Shown piece by piece: positions 1 to 11,198 of a stretch of 64,000 nt of DNA. The translations under genes were made by a program, and so were the position numbers. The notes under the pieces were generated by a model. The model ran no database searches, was not told where the DNA came from, and saw only the letters and a list, made by a program, of their open reading frames with translations. Source of the DNA: Malacoraja senta (Eukaryota); contig CM075978.1 in NCBI GenBank assembly GCA_038087875.1, positions 183,024,001 to 183,088,000 of the forward strand. Direction: 5' to 3'. The stretch's first letter is position 1. Every line of letters starts with the position of its first letter.

Positions 1-192
1 ACTTTTAACACATGCTTACACATACAATGAGAAGAAGAAAACATATGATGCAAGACTGAACCTATTAAAAAGTGTTGTTAATATATAATCTGAACTTTAA
101 GTCAAACACATCTAAGAATGGAGATGAACCTTCTTATCACACGTGTTCTAATATTCCTGGGTTTGGCTGGACAGAGTTCTCATCTCTCAGTC

Positions 193-363
193 TTATCGCT
201 TTCGGTGCTGTGGTGTAGCATAAATAACTTTGCCAAACTCCCGCTGGCTTCTTGGTGGGACATGGGGACATCTTGTTTTCCTGTTCATCTGGTTGGGCTT
301 TATGCCTTTCTTGAGATATCTTGAATCCACAGTTGTGGGAGCCATCCTGTGATTAGGTGGTGT
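193..363 (-). CDS. VJ-C1 IgSF receptor, exon 6 (cytoplasmic tail and stop): TPPNHRMAPTTVDSRYLKKGIKPNQMNRKTRCPHVPPRSQREFGKVIYATPQHRKR*
   Basis: Acceptor cttttaaacttatgcAG at 365-364. Phase 0 matches the end of exon 5. Open to TAA at 195-193; equals the 3' part of ORF 193..474. Confidence 0.8.
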   Translation of the reverse strand, partial: TPPNHRMAPTTVDSRYLKKGIKPNQMNRKTRCPHVPPRSQREFGKVIYATPQHRKR

Positions 364-621
364 CTGCATAAGTTTAAAAGGTAGTATCATAAAAGAGGTT
401 AATGAAATGTTGAGTGACGGCATTAAACTCCTCTGGGTTTTTGTGTTCGTTTTTGCCTTGTGCTGATGAGGCATTAAGGATCTGGAGCCTCACTGGCCCA
501 CACTAACGCAGTTGGTGTCATTTTTAAACTGTGGCTCTATAATGTGTCCACCCATTTCACTCTTCTGCCACTGATCTGCTGCTCCTGCCTGTCAGCCAAG
601 TCGAAGGTCTCGGTATATTTA

Positions 622-925
622 GATGTTTAGTTTCGAGATGCAGCATGGAAACGGGACCTTTGGCCCACCGAGTCCATGGTCACCCGTTCATAGTAGTTCT
701 GTTATGCCTCCTCATCCACTTCCCCACGTTAGGGGCAATTTACACAGACCAATTAACCTAGAAACCTGCATGTCTTTAGGATGTGAGAGGAAACCAGAGC
801 ATGCAGGAAACCCATGCGGTCACAGAGAGAATGTGCAAACCCCACAAAGGCAGCACCCGTGGTCAGGCTCAAACCTGGTCTCTGGTGCTGTGAAGCAGCA
901 GCTCCACAAGCTGAGCCACTGGGCC
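622..925 (-). mobile_element. HE1-like tRNA-derived SINE
   Basis: Reverse complement of the SINE seen intact at 60345-60660 (tRNA-like head, gtttcctcccaca core, gggcc...gtttccatgctg tail). Confidence 0.8.
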
Positions 926-1380
926 ACAATATGTTTCTGATAAAATATGGCCCAAATATGCTCAATGTTTCTAAGCTTTCCTCCTACCTCCATCCCCAAA
1001 ATCACCATTGGTTAAAATTTAAGACTCGTTTAGATAAAGTTACTTGAACAAGGGTTCAATGGAAAACAAGAGTTCATTGAACTATACTCCTTTCTACTGG
1101 CATTACCTTGCATAGAAGTATAAGAGAGATGTTTATTTGGTATTATTAAACCAGTTCTTCAAGGGTATGGAGGAAATAGAATAATTGTTCATTTCTAATT
1201 TTCATATTTCCTTACAACGGAAGAAGGCCATTCAACCCATCAAATGTTTGCCAGCCGATCATGTTTAAGATCCAGGACAAACTGTAGAAGGGAAGACCCA
1301 GTGGCCAAGCCTTTGCTCAGCCACCTCAATTTCCTTAAACAAATTACAGAGTTGCTGATAAAGTGTTACTGTGTGCTTAC

Positions 1381-1424
1381 CCTTTCTTCCCGGACATTTC
1401 TGTACTCATCGTTTCTTCTTTTGC
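1381..1424 (-). CDS. VJ-C1 IgSF receptor, exon 5 (juxtamembrane cytoplasmic): RKRRNDEYRNVREER
   Basis: Acceptor ctttaatctctgccAG, donor AGG|gtaagc. This 44-nt exon converts phase 1 (TM exon end) to phase 0 (exon 6 start), which the frame requires. Confidence 0.8.
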
Positions 1425-1502
1425 CTGGCAGAGATTAAAGTGACAGGAAACATAATTACGGACAAGTCTACACTTCCTGCTGCCTCGGCAAGGTCACCAG
1501 CA

Positions 1503-1796
1503 TCAACTTGCAGTAATAAAAATCCATTAAATTATATATGGCAAAATGGGGTCTACTAGATCATAAACCTGAGTTAATTAGTGTAGCTCAAATGTAATTG
1601 GAACAATGAGAATTTATGAGGTTGACTGCAGATCATCTGTTTGGTTATGGTCCAGTTCTGGGCAGGAAATTAATCCGAGGAGGATGTAGAGGCAAATAAA
1701 GTAGATACCCGATTCCACTAATTAACTCAGGTTTATGATCTAGTAGACCCCAATTTGCCATATATAATTTGATGAATTTTTATTACTGCAAGTTGA
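1503..1796. repeat. Foldback/MITE-like element with 81-bp inverted arms (1503-1583 and 1716-1796)
   Basis: Arms match at about 78/81 nt by eye around a 132-nt spacer; no coding capacity. Confidence 0.8.
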
Positions 1797-2404
1797 CATC
1801 AAGCACATTATGCTACACTTACCTAAATGTCTTCAATGCTGTTGCTTCTCATCAACCCTCAAGTCCATATTTAAGGTATCATTACAAATGTCAATAGAAT
1901 GATATTTAGCTTTTGAGCAATGCAACTATCCTTGGTTATCAATGCAAGTACATCGTACCGGGGTCTATGTCCTTAGCAAAATAACGCAGCTGCTGAAAAT
2001 CTTAAATAAAACTGAAAGTGTCAGCAGAGAGAGAAATTGAGTTAATGCTTATTCTTTCCAACTGAACTGATTTTTTTTTTTGGGGGGGGGGGGGTGTCAG
2101 TTATAAATGTTGACTTATTTTCTGATGTTTGTTTGAATATTTATCCTCAAATTAGCTACAACTGGTTTAAGAGGTGGAGAGTGATCATCAGGCATTGCAT
2201 TATGAGCGAGGTAACAAACCTTAAGTAGGTTATAAGCTAAGTTGCTTTATGGCCCTTTGATACAGTGGGACTGAGACCAGTTACCCTGGTGAAGCTATTT
2301 GGATTGTTAACTAAGGTTGGGACTATTATTGGAAAAAAAATCAGAATAATTATTTTAAACTGCTGTTCAAGAATACTGAATTGAGCAAACCAATATGGCA
2401 AGTG

Positions 2405-2625
2405 AAGATATATACAAAATACTGGGGTAACTCAACAGGTTAGGCAGCATCTCTGGAAAAAAGGAATAGGTGACGTTTTGGGTTGAGCCCCTTCTTCAGA
2501 CTGAGAGTCTCGACCCGAAACATCACCTATTCCTTTTCTCCAGAGATACTACCTGACCTGCTGAGTTACTCCAGCATTTTGTGTCTCTCTTCGGTGTAAA
2601 CCAGCATCTGCAGTTCCTTCCTACA
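2405..2625. mobile_element. Inverted pair of the ~130-bp hammerhead-bearing (Penelope-terminus-like) repeat
   Basis: Left half (aaaatactgg..ggcagcatctctgg..ggtgacgttttggg) is the reverse complement of the right half (cccgaaacatcacc..ccagagat..gagttactccagcattttgtg). Confidence 0.75.
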
Positions 2626-2869
2626 CAATATGGCAGGTGATCCAATTTGTGAAATAAATGTATATCTGGTGCTGATCCAATTTTTGCTTTTCTTACCGTA
2701 ACTGAGAGATTACAAAATCCACGTGTCAAACCAACAATTGAGGAGTCATAAGGAATAGGAGTAGAATTAGGCCATTTGGCCCATCAGGTCTACTCCGCCA
2801 TTCAATCATGGCTGATCTATCTCTCCCTCCTAACCCCATTGTCCTGCCTTCTCCCCTGACACCCGTAGT

Positions 2870-3025
2870 GAGTGTTGGAAGGAACTGCAGATGCTGGTTT
2901 AAACCAAAGATAGACACAAAATGTTGGAGCAACTCAGCGGGACAGGTGGTATTCCATTTCTGGTATCCATTCCTTCTCTCCAGAGATGCTGCCTGAGTTA
3001 CTCCAGCATTGTGTGTCTATCTACA
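2870..3025. mobile_element. Inverted pair of the same repeat, hammerhead part deleted
   Basis: aaggaactgcagatgctggtttaaacc...aactcagcgggacagg joined to ccttctctccagagatgctgcc..gagttactccagc. Confidence 0.65.
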
Positions 3026-3230
3026 GTAATTGACAAGGTTCTCTTCTGATCTGTAGTCAATGCAGTTTTATTTGTCTGAGCAGAATGTCGACTTTCCCTC
3101 TCCGGTTAACTGAATTATCAATTAAATCAGAGTACAATTACTTAAGATAAATACACCTTATTTACAAGGTCACTTAAAACATTTTTATCTAATTTTGTGA
3201 AATATTTTTAAAATAATTGTGCACACTTAC

Positions 3231-3332
3231 GTTTGCATACACAATATATGGCTGTAACGAGCAGGATCAGAAGTAAGGCTCCACTCCCTAAACAGACGTA
3301 GATCCACCAGGAAACAACTGCTGATTCTGCCT
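3231..3332 (-). CDS. VJ-C1 IgSF receptor, exon 4 (transmembrane): EAESAVVSWWIYVCLGSGALLLILLVTAIYCVCK
   Basis: Acceptor tgtgcacattgtAG, donor AAAC|gtaagt, 102 nt, phase 1-1. Hydrophobic stretch followed by a basic stop-transfer sequence (K-RKRR) across the junction. Confidence 0.9.
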
Positions 3333-3938
3333 CTACAATGTGCACACAAGTAGCAAATACGATTACATGGTATTCTATTACATAGTTAATCAGGCCATAA
3401 GAAATGTGTGAACAAAACACCATTCAAGCTTGCAAGTAAACATATGAATATAATCTGACAATACCACATCCTGATAAGTGAACATAGTGGTTGCAAATAA
3501 CACTTGTTTATATATCACTCATAATTTTTTTAGGTTAAGGGGGGAAGGCAGTGGGGCAATTGGTAGAACAGAACAGTTTCAAATTAAATTGGTAGAAGAG
3601 AACAGTTTTAGTTTGCTTTCTCCATTCTCTTCTGGTACCTCTCACCACTACCACATCATTATGGTTGTCCCTCCCCTGATGGATGAAGAATCTGTCAGTC
3701 CTTTGTTGTTCATCTCCTCAACATTTAAAATGGAGCAAACTACTCTGCAATTCCGACACAGGAGCTTTCTCATCCACACAAATACAACTTGCTTGAAGGG
3801 GTGGCAGCTGCATGCAAATTCAACTGTATATTATTGATGCAATTGAAAGTCCAAATGGATCTGGAAAATAAACTATTAATCTGGCAGGCCCCGCCTTTGC
3901 CAGACTAACAGATTTAACAATCTTCATTATCAGTATAA

Positions 3939-3975
3939 GAGTCTGAAGAAGGGTTTCTGACCTGAAACGTCACTC
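3939..3975 (+). ncRNA. Minimal type I hammerhead ribozyme motif
   Basis: GAGU-CUGAAGA-A-GGGUUUCUGACCU-GAAA-C-GUC|ACUC: full core with helix I GAGU/ACUC. Confidence 0.6.
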
Positions 3976-4114
3976 ATCCTATATCTCCAGAGATGCTGCC
4001 TGACCCACAGAGTTACCCCACCACTTGGTGTCTATTTTCGGTATAAACCAGTGTCTGCAGTTCATTTCTACTGATTTTCCAGAGTGTTGTTTAATCGGTA
4101 CTCCAATGCACTTA

Positions 4115-4325
4115 TAGTTTAGTTTCATGATACAGTGTGGAAACGGGTCCTTTGGCCCACCCAGTCCATGCCTCCTCACCCTAGTTCCATGTTATCCCAA
4201 ATTAGCATCCACTCCCGACACACCAAGGACAATTTGCTGAGGCCAATTAACCTGCAAACTTGCATGTATTTGGAATGTGGGAGGAAACCAGAGCAGCCGG
4301 ATGTGACCCACATGGTCACAGGACA
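4115..4325 (-). mobile_element. HE1-like SINE (5'-truncated by the adjacent CR1)
   Basis: Same core and tail as other HE1-like copies. Confidence 0.75.
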
Positions 4326-4339
4326 AACGTGCAGGGTGA

Positions 4340-5190
4340 ATTGGACAGGTTGAGTGAGTGGGCAGATGCAGTATAATGTAGAGAAATGTGAGGTTATCCA
4401 CTTTGGTGGCAAGAACAAGGAGGCAGATTATTATCTCAACGGTATCGGATTAGGAAAAAGGGAAGTGCAACGAGACCTGGGTGTCCTGGTACAGCAGTCA
4501 CTGAAAGTAAACATGCAGGCACAGTAGGCAGTGAATAAAGCTAATGGCATGTTGGCCTTCATAATGAGAGGATTTGAGTATAGGAGTAAAGAAGTCCTTC
4601 TGCTGTTGTACAGGGCCCTGGTGAGACCACATCTGGAGTATTGTGTGCAGTTTTGGGCTCCTAATTTGAGGAAGGACAGCAATTCCTATTGAGGCAGTGC
4701 AGCGTAGGTTCACAATGTTAATCCCCAGGATGGCGGGATGTCATATGATGAAAGAATGGAATGACTGGGCTTGTATTCACTGGAATTTAGAAGGATGAGT
4801 GGGGTATCTTATAGAAACATATAAAATTATTAAGGGATTGGACAAGCTAGATGCAGGAAACATGTTCCCGATGTTGGGGGAGTCCAGAAACAGAGGCCAC
4901 AGTTTAAAGAATAAGGGGTAGGCCATTTAGAAGTGAGATGAGGAAAAACTTTTTAACCCTGAGTTGTGAATTTGTGGAGTTCTGTGCCTCAGAAGGCAGT
5001 GGAGGCTGATTCACTGGCTGCATTCAAATGAGAGTTAGATAGAGCTCTTAGGGCGAGCAGAATCAAGGGATATGGGGAAAAGGCAGGAACGGGGTACTGA
5101 TTGTGGATGATCAGCCATGATCACATTGAATGGCGGTGCTGGCTCGAAGGGCCAAATAGCCTCCTCTTGCACCTATTTTCTATGTTTCAA
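4340..5190 (+). mobile_element. CR1 LINE 3' fragment (degraded RT C-terminus and 3' UTR)
   Basis: [19 protein letters not shown] and CR1 3' UTR gatcagccatgatcacattgaatggcgg...ctcgaagggcc; frameshifts and stops. Confidence 0.9.
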
Positions 5191-5823
5191 TGTTTCTATG
5201 AGTGGACAGAGTGGGTTTTATACTATCCCGGAAGCCAGATGATCGGAATTTTCAGTGTTTTACTGCATTCCGCTGCATTCCGCTCCAGTCCTACCGTCGA
5301 AACAGCTGGAAACCATGTTTCATAAGAGTGCATGTATTCCTTAATGGATGTGAGGGTCTCTGGGGCATTTCCTGCCATTCCCCACAAACCTAGAGAGCTG
5401 GCGTTGGGCTGAATTCCTAAATCAGTTATAGTCATATTGACCTTGACTGTATACAGCCAGTGGAAATAAGCCCTTTGGCCCAACTTGCCCACACCTACCA
5501 ACATGTCCCATCTGCCTGCGTTTGCCAATATACCTCCAAAACGATTCTATCTATGTACTTGATTCTTAAACGTCGTGATAATCCCTGCCTCAACTGCCTC
5601 ATCTGACATACACCCACCAACCTTTGTATAAACAGTTAACCCTCAGATTCCTATTAAATCTTTTCCCCTTCACCTTAAATCTATGTCCTCTGGTTCTCGA
5701 TTTCCATACTCTGGGGGGAAAGACTCTGGGCGTCTACCCGATCTAGTCTCATGCTCAATACATCAGATTACATCCCCGTGCGGAGGGGGGATGTCATTTG
5801 AGAACTTACAACAATGACCGTAC

Positions 5824-6132
5824 CTTCAGCGTCAGATTTGTAAACGTAAACCTGGGTTTGCACCCGCTTGTCGGGATAGGAGACCCGGCAGGTGTAGACC
5901 GTCCCGTTCCGAGCTGGGTGCTCCTCCTCCAAAGAGCTGGAGACCTGGAAGAGGTCTCCTGGCCACTGCTGGACATGGAGCTCGGCGCTGTTGTCAACCT
6001 CGGAACCGTTCACAATCCACTTGATGTCCAGCTCCCGGGACCGCGATTTCGCAGCTGTACAGAGGAGGCTCAGGAAAACGGAGGAGCCTTTTCTAACCAG
6101 GGTGCTGGTAATCTCCGGCGGGTTGTCGGAAG
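5824..6132 (-). CDS. VJ-C1 IgSF receptor, exon 3 (C1-set Ig domain): SDNPPEITSTLVRKGSSVFLSLLCTAAKSRSRELDIKWIVNGSEVDNSAELHVQQWPGDLFQVSSSLEEEHPARNGTVYTCRVSYPDKRVQTQVYVYKSDAE
   Basis: Acceptor tctctttgtctctcctgaacccaAG, donor GAAG|gtacgg, 309 nt, phase 1-1. L-x-C, I-x-W-x-x-N-G, G-x-x-F-x-V-S-S-x-L and Y-T-C-x-V pattern of C1 domains. Confidence 0.9.
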
Positions 6133-6249
6133 CTTGGGTTCAGGAGAGACAAAGAGAGTCAAGGAAACATAATCCAAATTGATACAATTGCAGGTTTAAC
6201 TATTTCCTCAGCCAAATTTTGCATTGTAATATCCAATGTATTCTATTTG

Positions 6250-6598
6250 GAGTTTAGAGACACAGCGTGGAAACCAGCCCCACCGAATCCACGCCGACCC
6301 GTTCACACTTCTTCTGTTATCCCTCTTTCGCATCCACTCCCTACGCATTGAGAACAATTTACAGAGGGCAATTAACTTACAAGCCCGCAAGTACTTGTAT
6401 ATGTGAAACGTGTCTGTGTATTTGAGAGGCATTGTGATTGTTTGGGATGTGGGAGGAAACCGGAGCACCCGGAGGAAACCCACGCGGTCACATGGAGAAT
6501 GTGCAAACTCCACACAGAGAGCTCCCGAGGTCAGGATCAAGCCGAGGGCTCTGGCACAGTCAGGTAGCAGCTCTACCACTGCGCCATCGTGCCGCCCT
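6250..6598 (-). mobile_element. HE1-like SINE
   Basis: Reverse complement begins ggcggcacgatggcgcagtggtagagctgct and includes ggtgctccggtttcctcccaca. Confidence 0.85.
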
Positions 6599-6619
6599 GT
6601 TCTTCTGATCATTTGTTAA

Positions 6620-7380
6620 ACAATGAAAGTTATTATTCCCAATATCTTCTGCGCCCATAATTAGCATTGTGATGTTTTCCCGTTTGCCCCCCGACCACCG
6701 TTACACTGTGAAAGGGAAAGTCAGGGCCGTTTCTCCCGGTTTTCCCCGGAGATGCTCCTGAATCCTCTCCCTGTTTGCGAGCTCCGACGCGCTGGGATGT
6801 CCGCGCTCTGCCGCTCCCCGACCGTCTGATCATCTACAAACAGCCGCGCTAGACTGGAGGTTTGCAGCCGATGTAAAGCAGACTATGTCAGAACTGCACA
6901 CAAACAGCTGGCGTCATTTAGAGGGCCAATTACTCCAGCTCATTGCCCCCATTTCTCCATCAGCAAGACGCCGTCCTGCGGTGGATGGAGTAACATCCAT
7001 GAACAACCCGGGGTTTCCATCCCGACACCAACCTGGCGGAGAGATCTAACCCCCCTCCCTCCCTCCCTCCCTCCCTCCCTCACCTTCGCCCCTTCTTCCT
7101 CCTTCACTCACTCCTGGCTCGTCCTCCCCCACCCCCCTCCCTCACCCACTCCACCCACTCCTCGCCCCTTCTCCCTCCCTCCCTCACCCCTCGCTCCTTC
7201 TCCGGGACCCAGCCCTTCCCAGGAGCCGTCGGATACAGGACACTGGCCCGGAATTACACCGCGAAAGGTCGGCATAAAAACTCTCAGCGGGGCGGGCAGC
7301 AGCTGTGGAAGGAAAACAGTTAACTTTCCACGGCTAACATTTAACGTTGTTCGCAAGGTGCCCGACGGTTCCGGCATTTA
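6620..7380. promoter_or_regulatory. CpG/GC-rich island in the V-C intron with a polypyrimidine tract (7050-7200); possible regulatory element
   Basis: Many unmutated CpGs against CpG-poor flanks; not similar to any repeat elsewhere in the window. Function is inferred only. Confidence 0.35.
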
Positions 7381-8394
7381 CTGATTTTTTTGTCAAATTT
7401 CCGATTTCCAACAGGTGCAGTTCTCTTTATGTTACATGCCAATTTGTAGATCAACTTTCTGGTGTGGCTGGAATCAGAGTTGGTGGTGTGGGCGCCGCTT
7501 CAGTTTAACGAAATAAAATAGTCTTAACTGTATTAACGCTGGCGGCAAGACTTGCTTTGCTGAGCCTCATCGACCTTTTGTTTCCATGTTGATTCGGTTT
7601 TCTGTATTGCCGTTCCAAAGCACAGGTCTTTTTTCTTACAGAGGTTCCCGCTAAAGACTCATTTTCTAACCCTCCCTATACTCGTGCGTTTTTAAATATG
7701 CCGTAGTGCGCTTCCAGTGTTGTGATTTTGGTCCCTATTTTATCAGATGTGATCGTTTGATTAGGCAGCGTGTGCTGTATCTGGCAGTGGAGGAGAGCGA
7801 GATGCAAGTGTTCCAGGTGACACACTTAAGTGTGAGGGTATTAGTGTCATGAAGTAATAAAGTAATGGAATACTGAAACAAGTTATTCAGTGACCTTCCT
7901 GTACCCATCCACACTAGTCCCATGGACCAGAATTTGGCCCAGAGCCTTGTATTTCCTAGTGAGTGTGTCGGCCTCTAACACTTCCTCAGGCAGCGTGTGC
8001 CAGATTCCAACCACCCTCTCATTGAAAAAACAAATCATCCTCAGATCCCGCTAATTCTTCTAGCCCTTACTTTATTATCACGTGCCAAGGCGCGATGAAT
8101 TTTTTTTTGCAAGCAGTTCAGTAAGATTATTGCCCCCACCCCATCAGCATCTTCTCCTCCAAGGAAAACAAATTCAGTCTCTCCTTGAAGCTAAAACATT
8201 CCAGTCCCTCCTTAAGTGGAACATTCCTTCCTATAATATGGCAACTGGAACAGTACGCAGCACTCCAGTCAAAAATGGTCTCCTCCACTATTCTGTAGAA
8301 ACGAGGAACTGCATATGCGAGTTCGCAAAAAAAGGACATGAAGTGCTGGATTAACTCAGTATCTCAAACAGCTTCTTAGGAGAACATGGATAGA

Positions 8395-8815
8395 TGGTGT
8401 TTCGAAGATAGACACAAAATGCTAGGGTAAGTGGGTCAGGCAGCATCTCTAGAGAAAAGGAATAGATGGCATTTCGGGTTAGAACCCATCTCCAGACTCT
8501 TTTGGCTGAGGAGTGTGAGAAAGGTTTCCGACCGCAAACGTCACATATTCCTTTTCTCCAGAGAACCTGCCTGACCCGCTGAGTTACTCCAACATTTTGT
8601 GTCTATCTTTGGTATAAACCTGCATACACAATTCCTTCCGATCCTCGATGATGTTTCGGGTCGGGACCCTTCCTCAGACCTGACTGATAGGGCTGCCAAC
8701 ATGTGCAATCAGTTGAAGAATTCAGCCTGAAGGGTCCGACCCAAAACATCACCTTTTCATATTCTCCGGGGATGCTGCCTGACCCGCTGAGTTATCCCAG
8801 CACGTTATGACCTTT
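8395..8815. mobile_element. Two inverted pairs of the hammerhead-bearing repeat (degenerate cores)
   Basis: gatagacacaaaatgctag..ggcagcatctct / gagttactccaacattttgtgtctatc. Minus-strand CUGAGGA..GAAACAUC at about 8648-8682. Confidence 0.7.
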
Positions 8816-10019
8816 TTTACTCCACTATCCTGCCAAGTCTGCCACTTCTATCTTGCCTGTCCTTAATCCTCGCCAATGACCACACATCAGTTATGTCCCA
8901 TTTCTTTCCCTAATTGACCAAAGTTTAATGCTGATAGTGTCAAAATGTGCAGTCATCCAGAGGATTCAGAAAATGTCAGAATTCAGCAAAAGTTGATCAA
9001 GAAATTGAGAAATACAAGTAGAATGTCCGAGTAATCTTGTGAACAACATTTAAAAAAAAACTATAAGTGATTAGAAGAGATTAATATGCAATGCTTATTG
9101 ACTGAGGCAAGAGAAATTATATTGGAAAATAAAAAAAAGTTTAAAAAAAGTTTGTGCCTATGTTCACAAGAAGGCAGAGAAATAATAGATAACCACAGGT
9201 TTAGAGAAAATGACCAGCCCTAAGAGCTATTTTAAGCACAAACAATGTAATTAATAATCTTGTAGATAAGCAAGTTTGAGGGCCGATTGATCATACTGTA
9301 ACATAATTTTACTCTGAATGCAATTTAGTTCGTTCTGTTATTAAGTCCTTAAAACTTTGCTAAGCAAATTATGAAGATATGAAATATGAATTGGGTAAGG
9401 AATTTGTGTAACTACATTTAAAAAGTCTGTCTTTAAACAAACAATGGCCATCATTGAAAAGATGACTTCATGGTTTACAACACATATATATTTCCTTAAA
9501 GCATAAAACCTCACAGGAAGACAGTCTAACTGTGGTTAGCAAAGTAAGTTAAACATACTATTACATTAGATCAAAGAAAAGGTTTTATAAATTTGCAAAC
9601 AAGTATGGTTAGCAAAGGATTAAAAAAAATTAATCTGCAAAGCCAACTAAGAAATTAGAGAAAGGGAAAGTAGAATATGTATATAATCTAGCAAGAAACA
9701 TAAAATAGAATATAAATCTTTTACAGCAATGAGGCTCCCATTTAAATTAGTATTAAAACACAAAGTACTTGTGCGAAAACACCAGGATAAGCGCTCAACC
9801 AAGAAAACCAAGCCCTATGTCAAAGTAGTATCTTATTTGCCTATACACATTTATGCTATAGGACGATAACTAACTCCATATTCAGTAACAGGCTATCTGC
9901 ATGTAAACAAGCACATACATACTAAGTGTGTAGATGCCAGTATATCATTGGGGTTATCAAATGTTAATACAAGTCCTTTATAGATAATAGAAGAACTTAA
10001 GCCAATAACTCCCCAGGAT

Positions 10020-10945
10020 CTGATGACCTTCATCCCAAGGTTCTGCAGGTGGTGGCTATGGATATAGTGGGCACACAGTTGTCATCTTCCATTAACACAC
10101 AGTTCCCATGGCAGTTCCCACAGATTGGAGGGCAGGTAACAAAAACGGAGAAATAAAGACAGTTGAGGAAAATTTGAGGCAATCCACTTTGGTGGAGAAA
10201 ATGGAAAAACAACGGACTTTGTTTACTTGTTCAGAGATTGGAAGATTTGCTTCTCAGAGGGATCTGAGTATCCATATATTTGAATTACTGAAAGTTGAAT
10301 CTGCACATATAGCACATGAGAAAGCATAAAACACATTCAAATTTATTTCTAAGAGAAATTGAGGACAGGGTAGAAGTATTTTATTGTAGTTACAGCTCTA
10401 GTGAGCCTGCATCTGGAATATTGTATACAAATTTGGTCTCTTCAGCTAGGACAGATAAACTTGGGATGGAAGATGCACAATGAAGGAACTTAGGTTTTGT
10501 CAGATGAATATAAATTAAGCAGATTTGGTCAAATCTCTCAAGGATTTGCAAAAATTAGAGGTGAACTTATTGAAACATATAACATTCTTCCAGGGCTTCA
10601 GTACCAGGAGACATAGTGTCAGCTATGCACACAGAAATTAGTACAGGATAAATATCTCAATGCAAAGGATGGTGACCCCGTGGAATTCTCTATCATAGAG
10701 ACAGCGGAGGCTTGATGCACTAATTATCTTTCCCCTGGGTGGTGTGTCTAGAACCAAGGGAGACAGACTGAATAAGCCATTGGGCATTCGAGTGACTTGA
10801 GAAAACCTTTGGAATTCTCTGCCTATGAAAGCCGTGAAAGCTCTGTTACTGGGTCAGAGATTGATAGATGTTTGGATATTGAAAGAATCAAGGGTTATGA
10901 AGTTAGTGCAGAAAAGTGGCACTGAGGTGAAGGATCAGCCATTTC
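10020..10945 (+). mobile_element. Old, highly degraded CR1 remnants
   Basis: Residual motifs (catcccaagggttctgcag, gagccTgcatctggaatattgt, ggtgaacttattgaaacatataa, gatcagccat). Confidence 0.65.
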
Positions 10946-10959
10946 CATATTAGTCTTTA

Positions 10960-11198
10960 AAGATATAGCATGGAAACATTAGGCCCTCCGAGTCCGTGCC
11001 GACCCCATACAATCTTGCACACTGGGGACAATTTACATTTTTTCCCCGAAGCCAATTCACCTACAAACCTGTATGTTTTTAGAGTGTGGGAGGAAACCGG
11101 AGCACCTGGAGGAAATCCACGTGGTCACGGAGAGAACGTACAACCACCATACAGACAACACCCGTAGTCAGCATCGAATGCAGGTCTCTGGTGCTGTA
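10960..11198 (-). mobile_element. HE1-like SINE split by the CR1 at 11199-12518; its head resumes at about 12520-12550
   Basis: SINE sequence stops at ggtctctggtgctgtaa and resumes after the CR1 tail as actctgccccagtgccgctgtgccgc. Confidence 0.7.

Noticed and set aside
1822-1857. Possible alternative tail exon ending at a GTAAGT donor (RLMRSNSIEDI*)
   Set aside because: No polypyrimidine acceptor; the stop lies immediately before the donor; the shorter acceptor option breaks phase with exon 5.
3478-3837. 119-aa plus-strand ORF in intron 3
   Set aside because: No recognisable motif, antisense to the gene, and no supporting splice structure.
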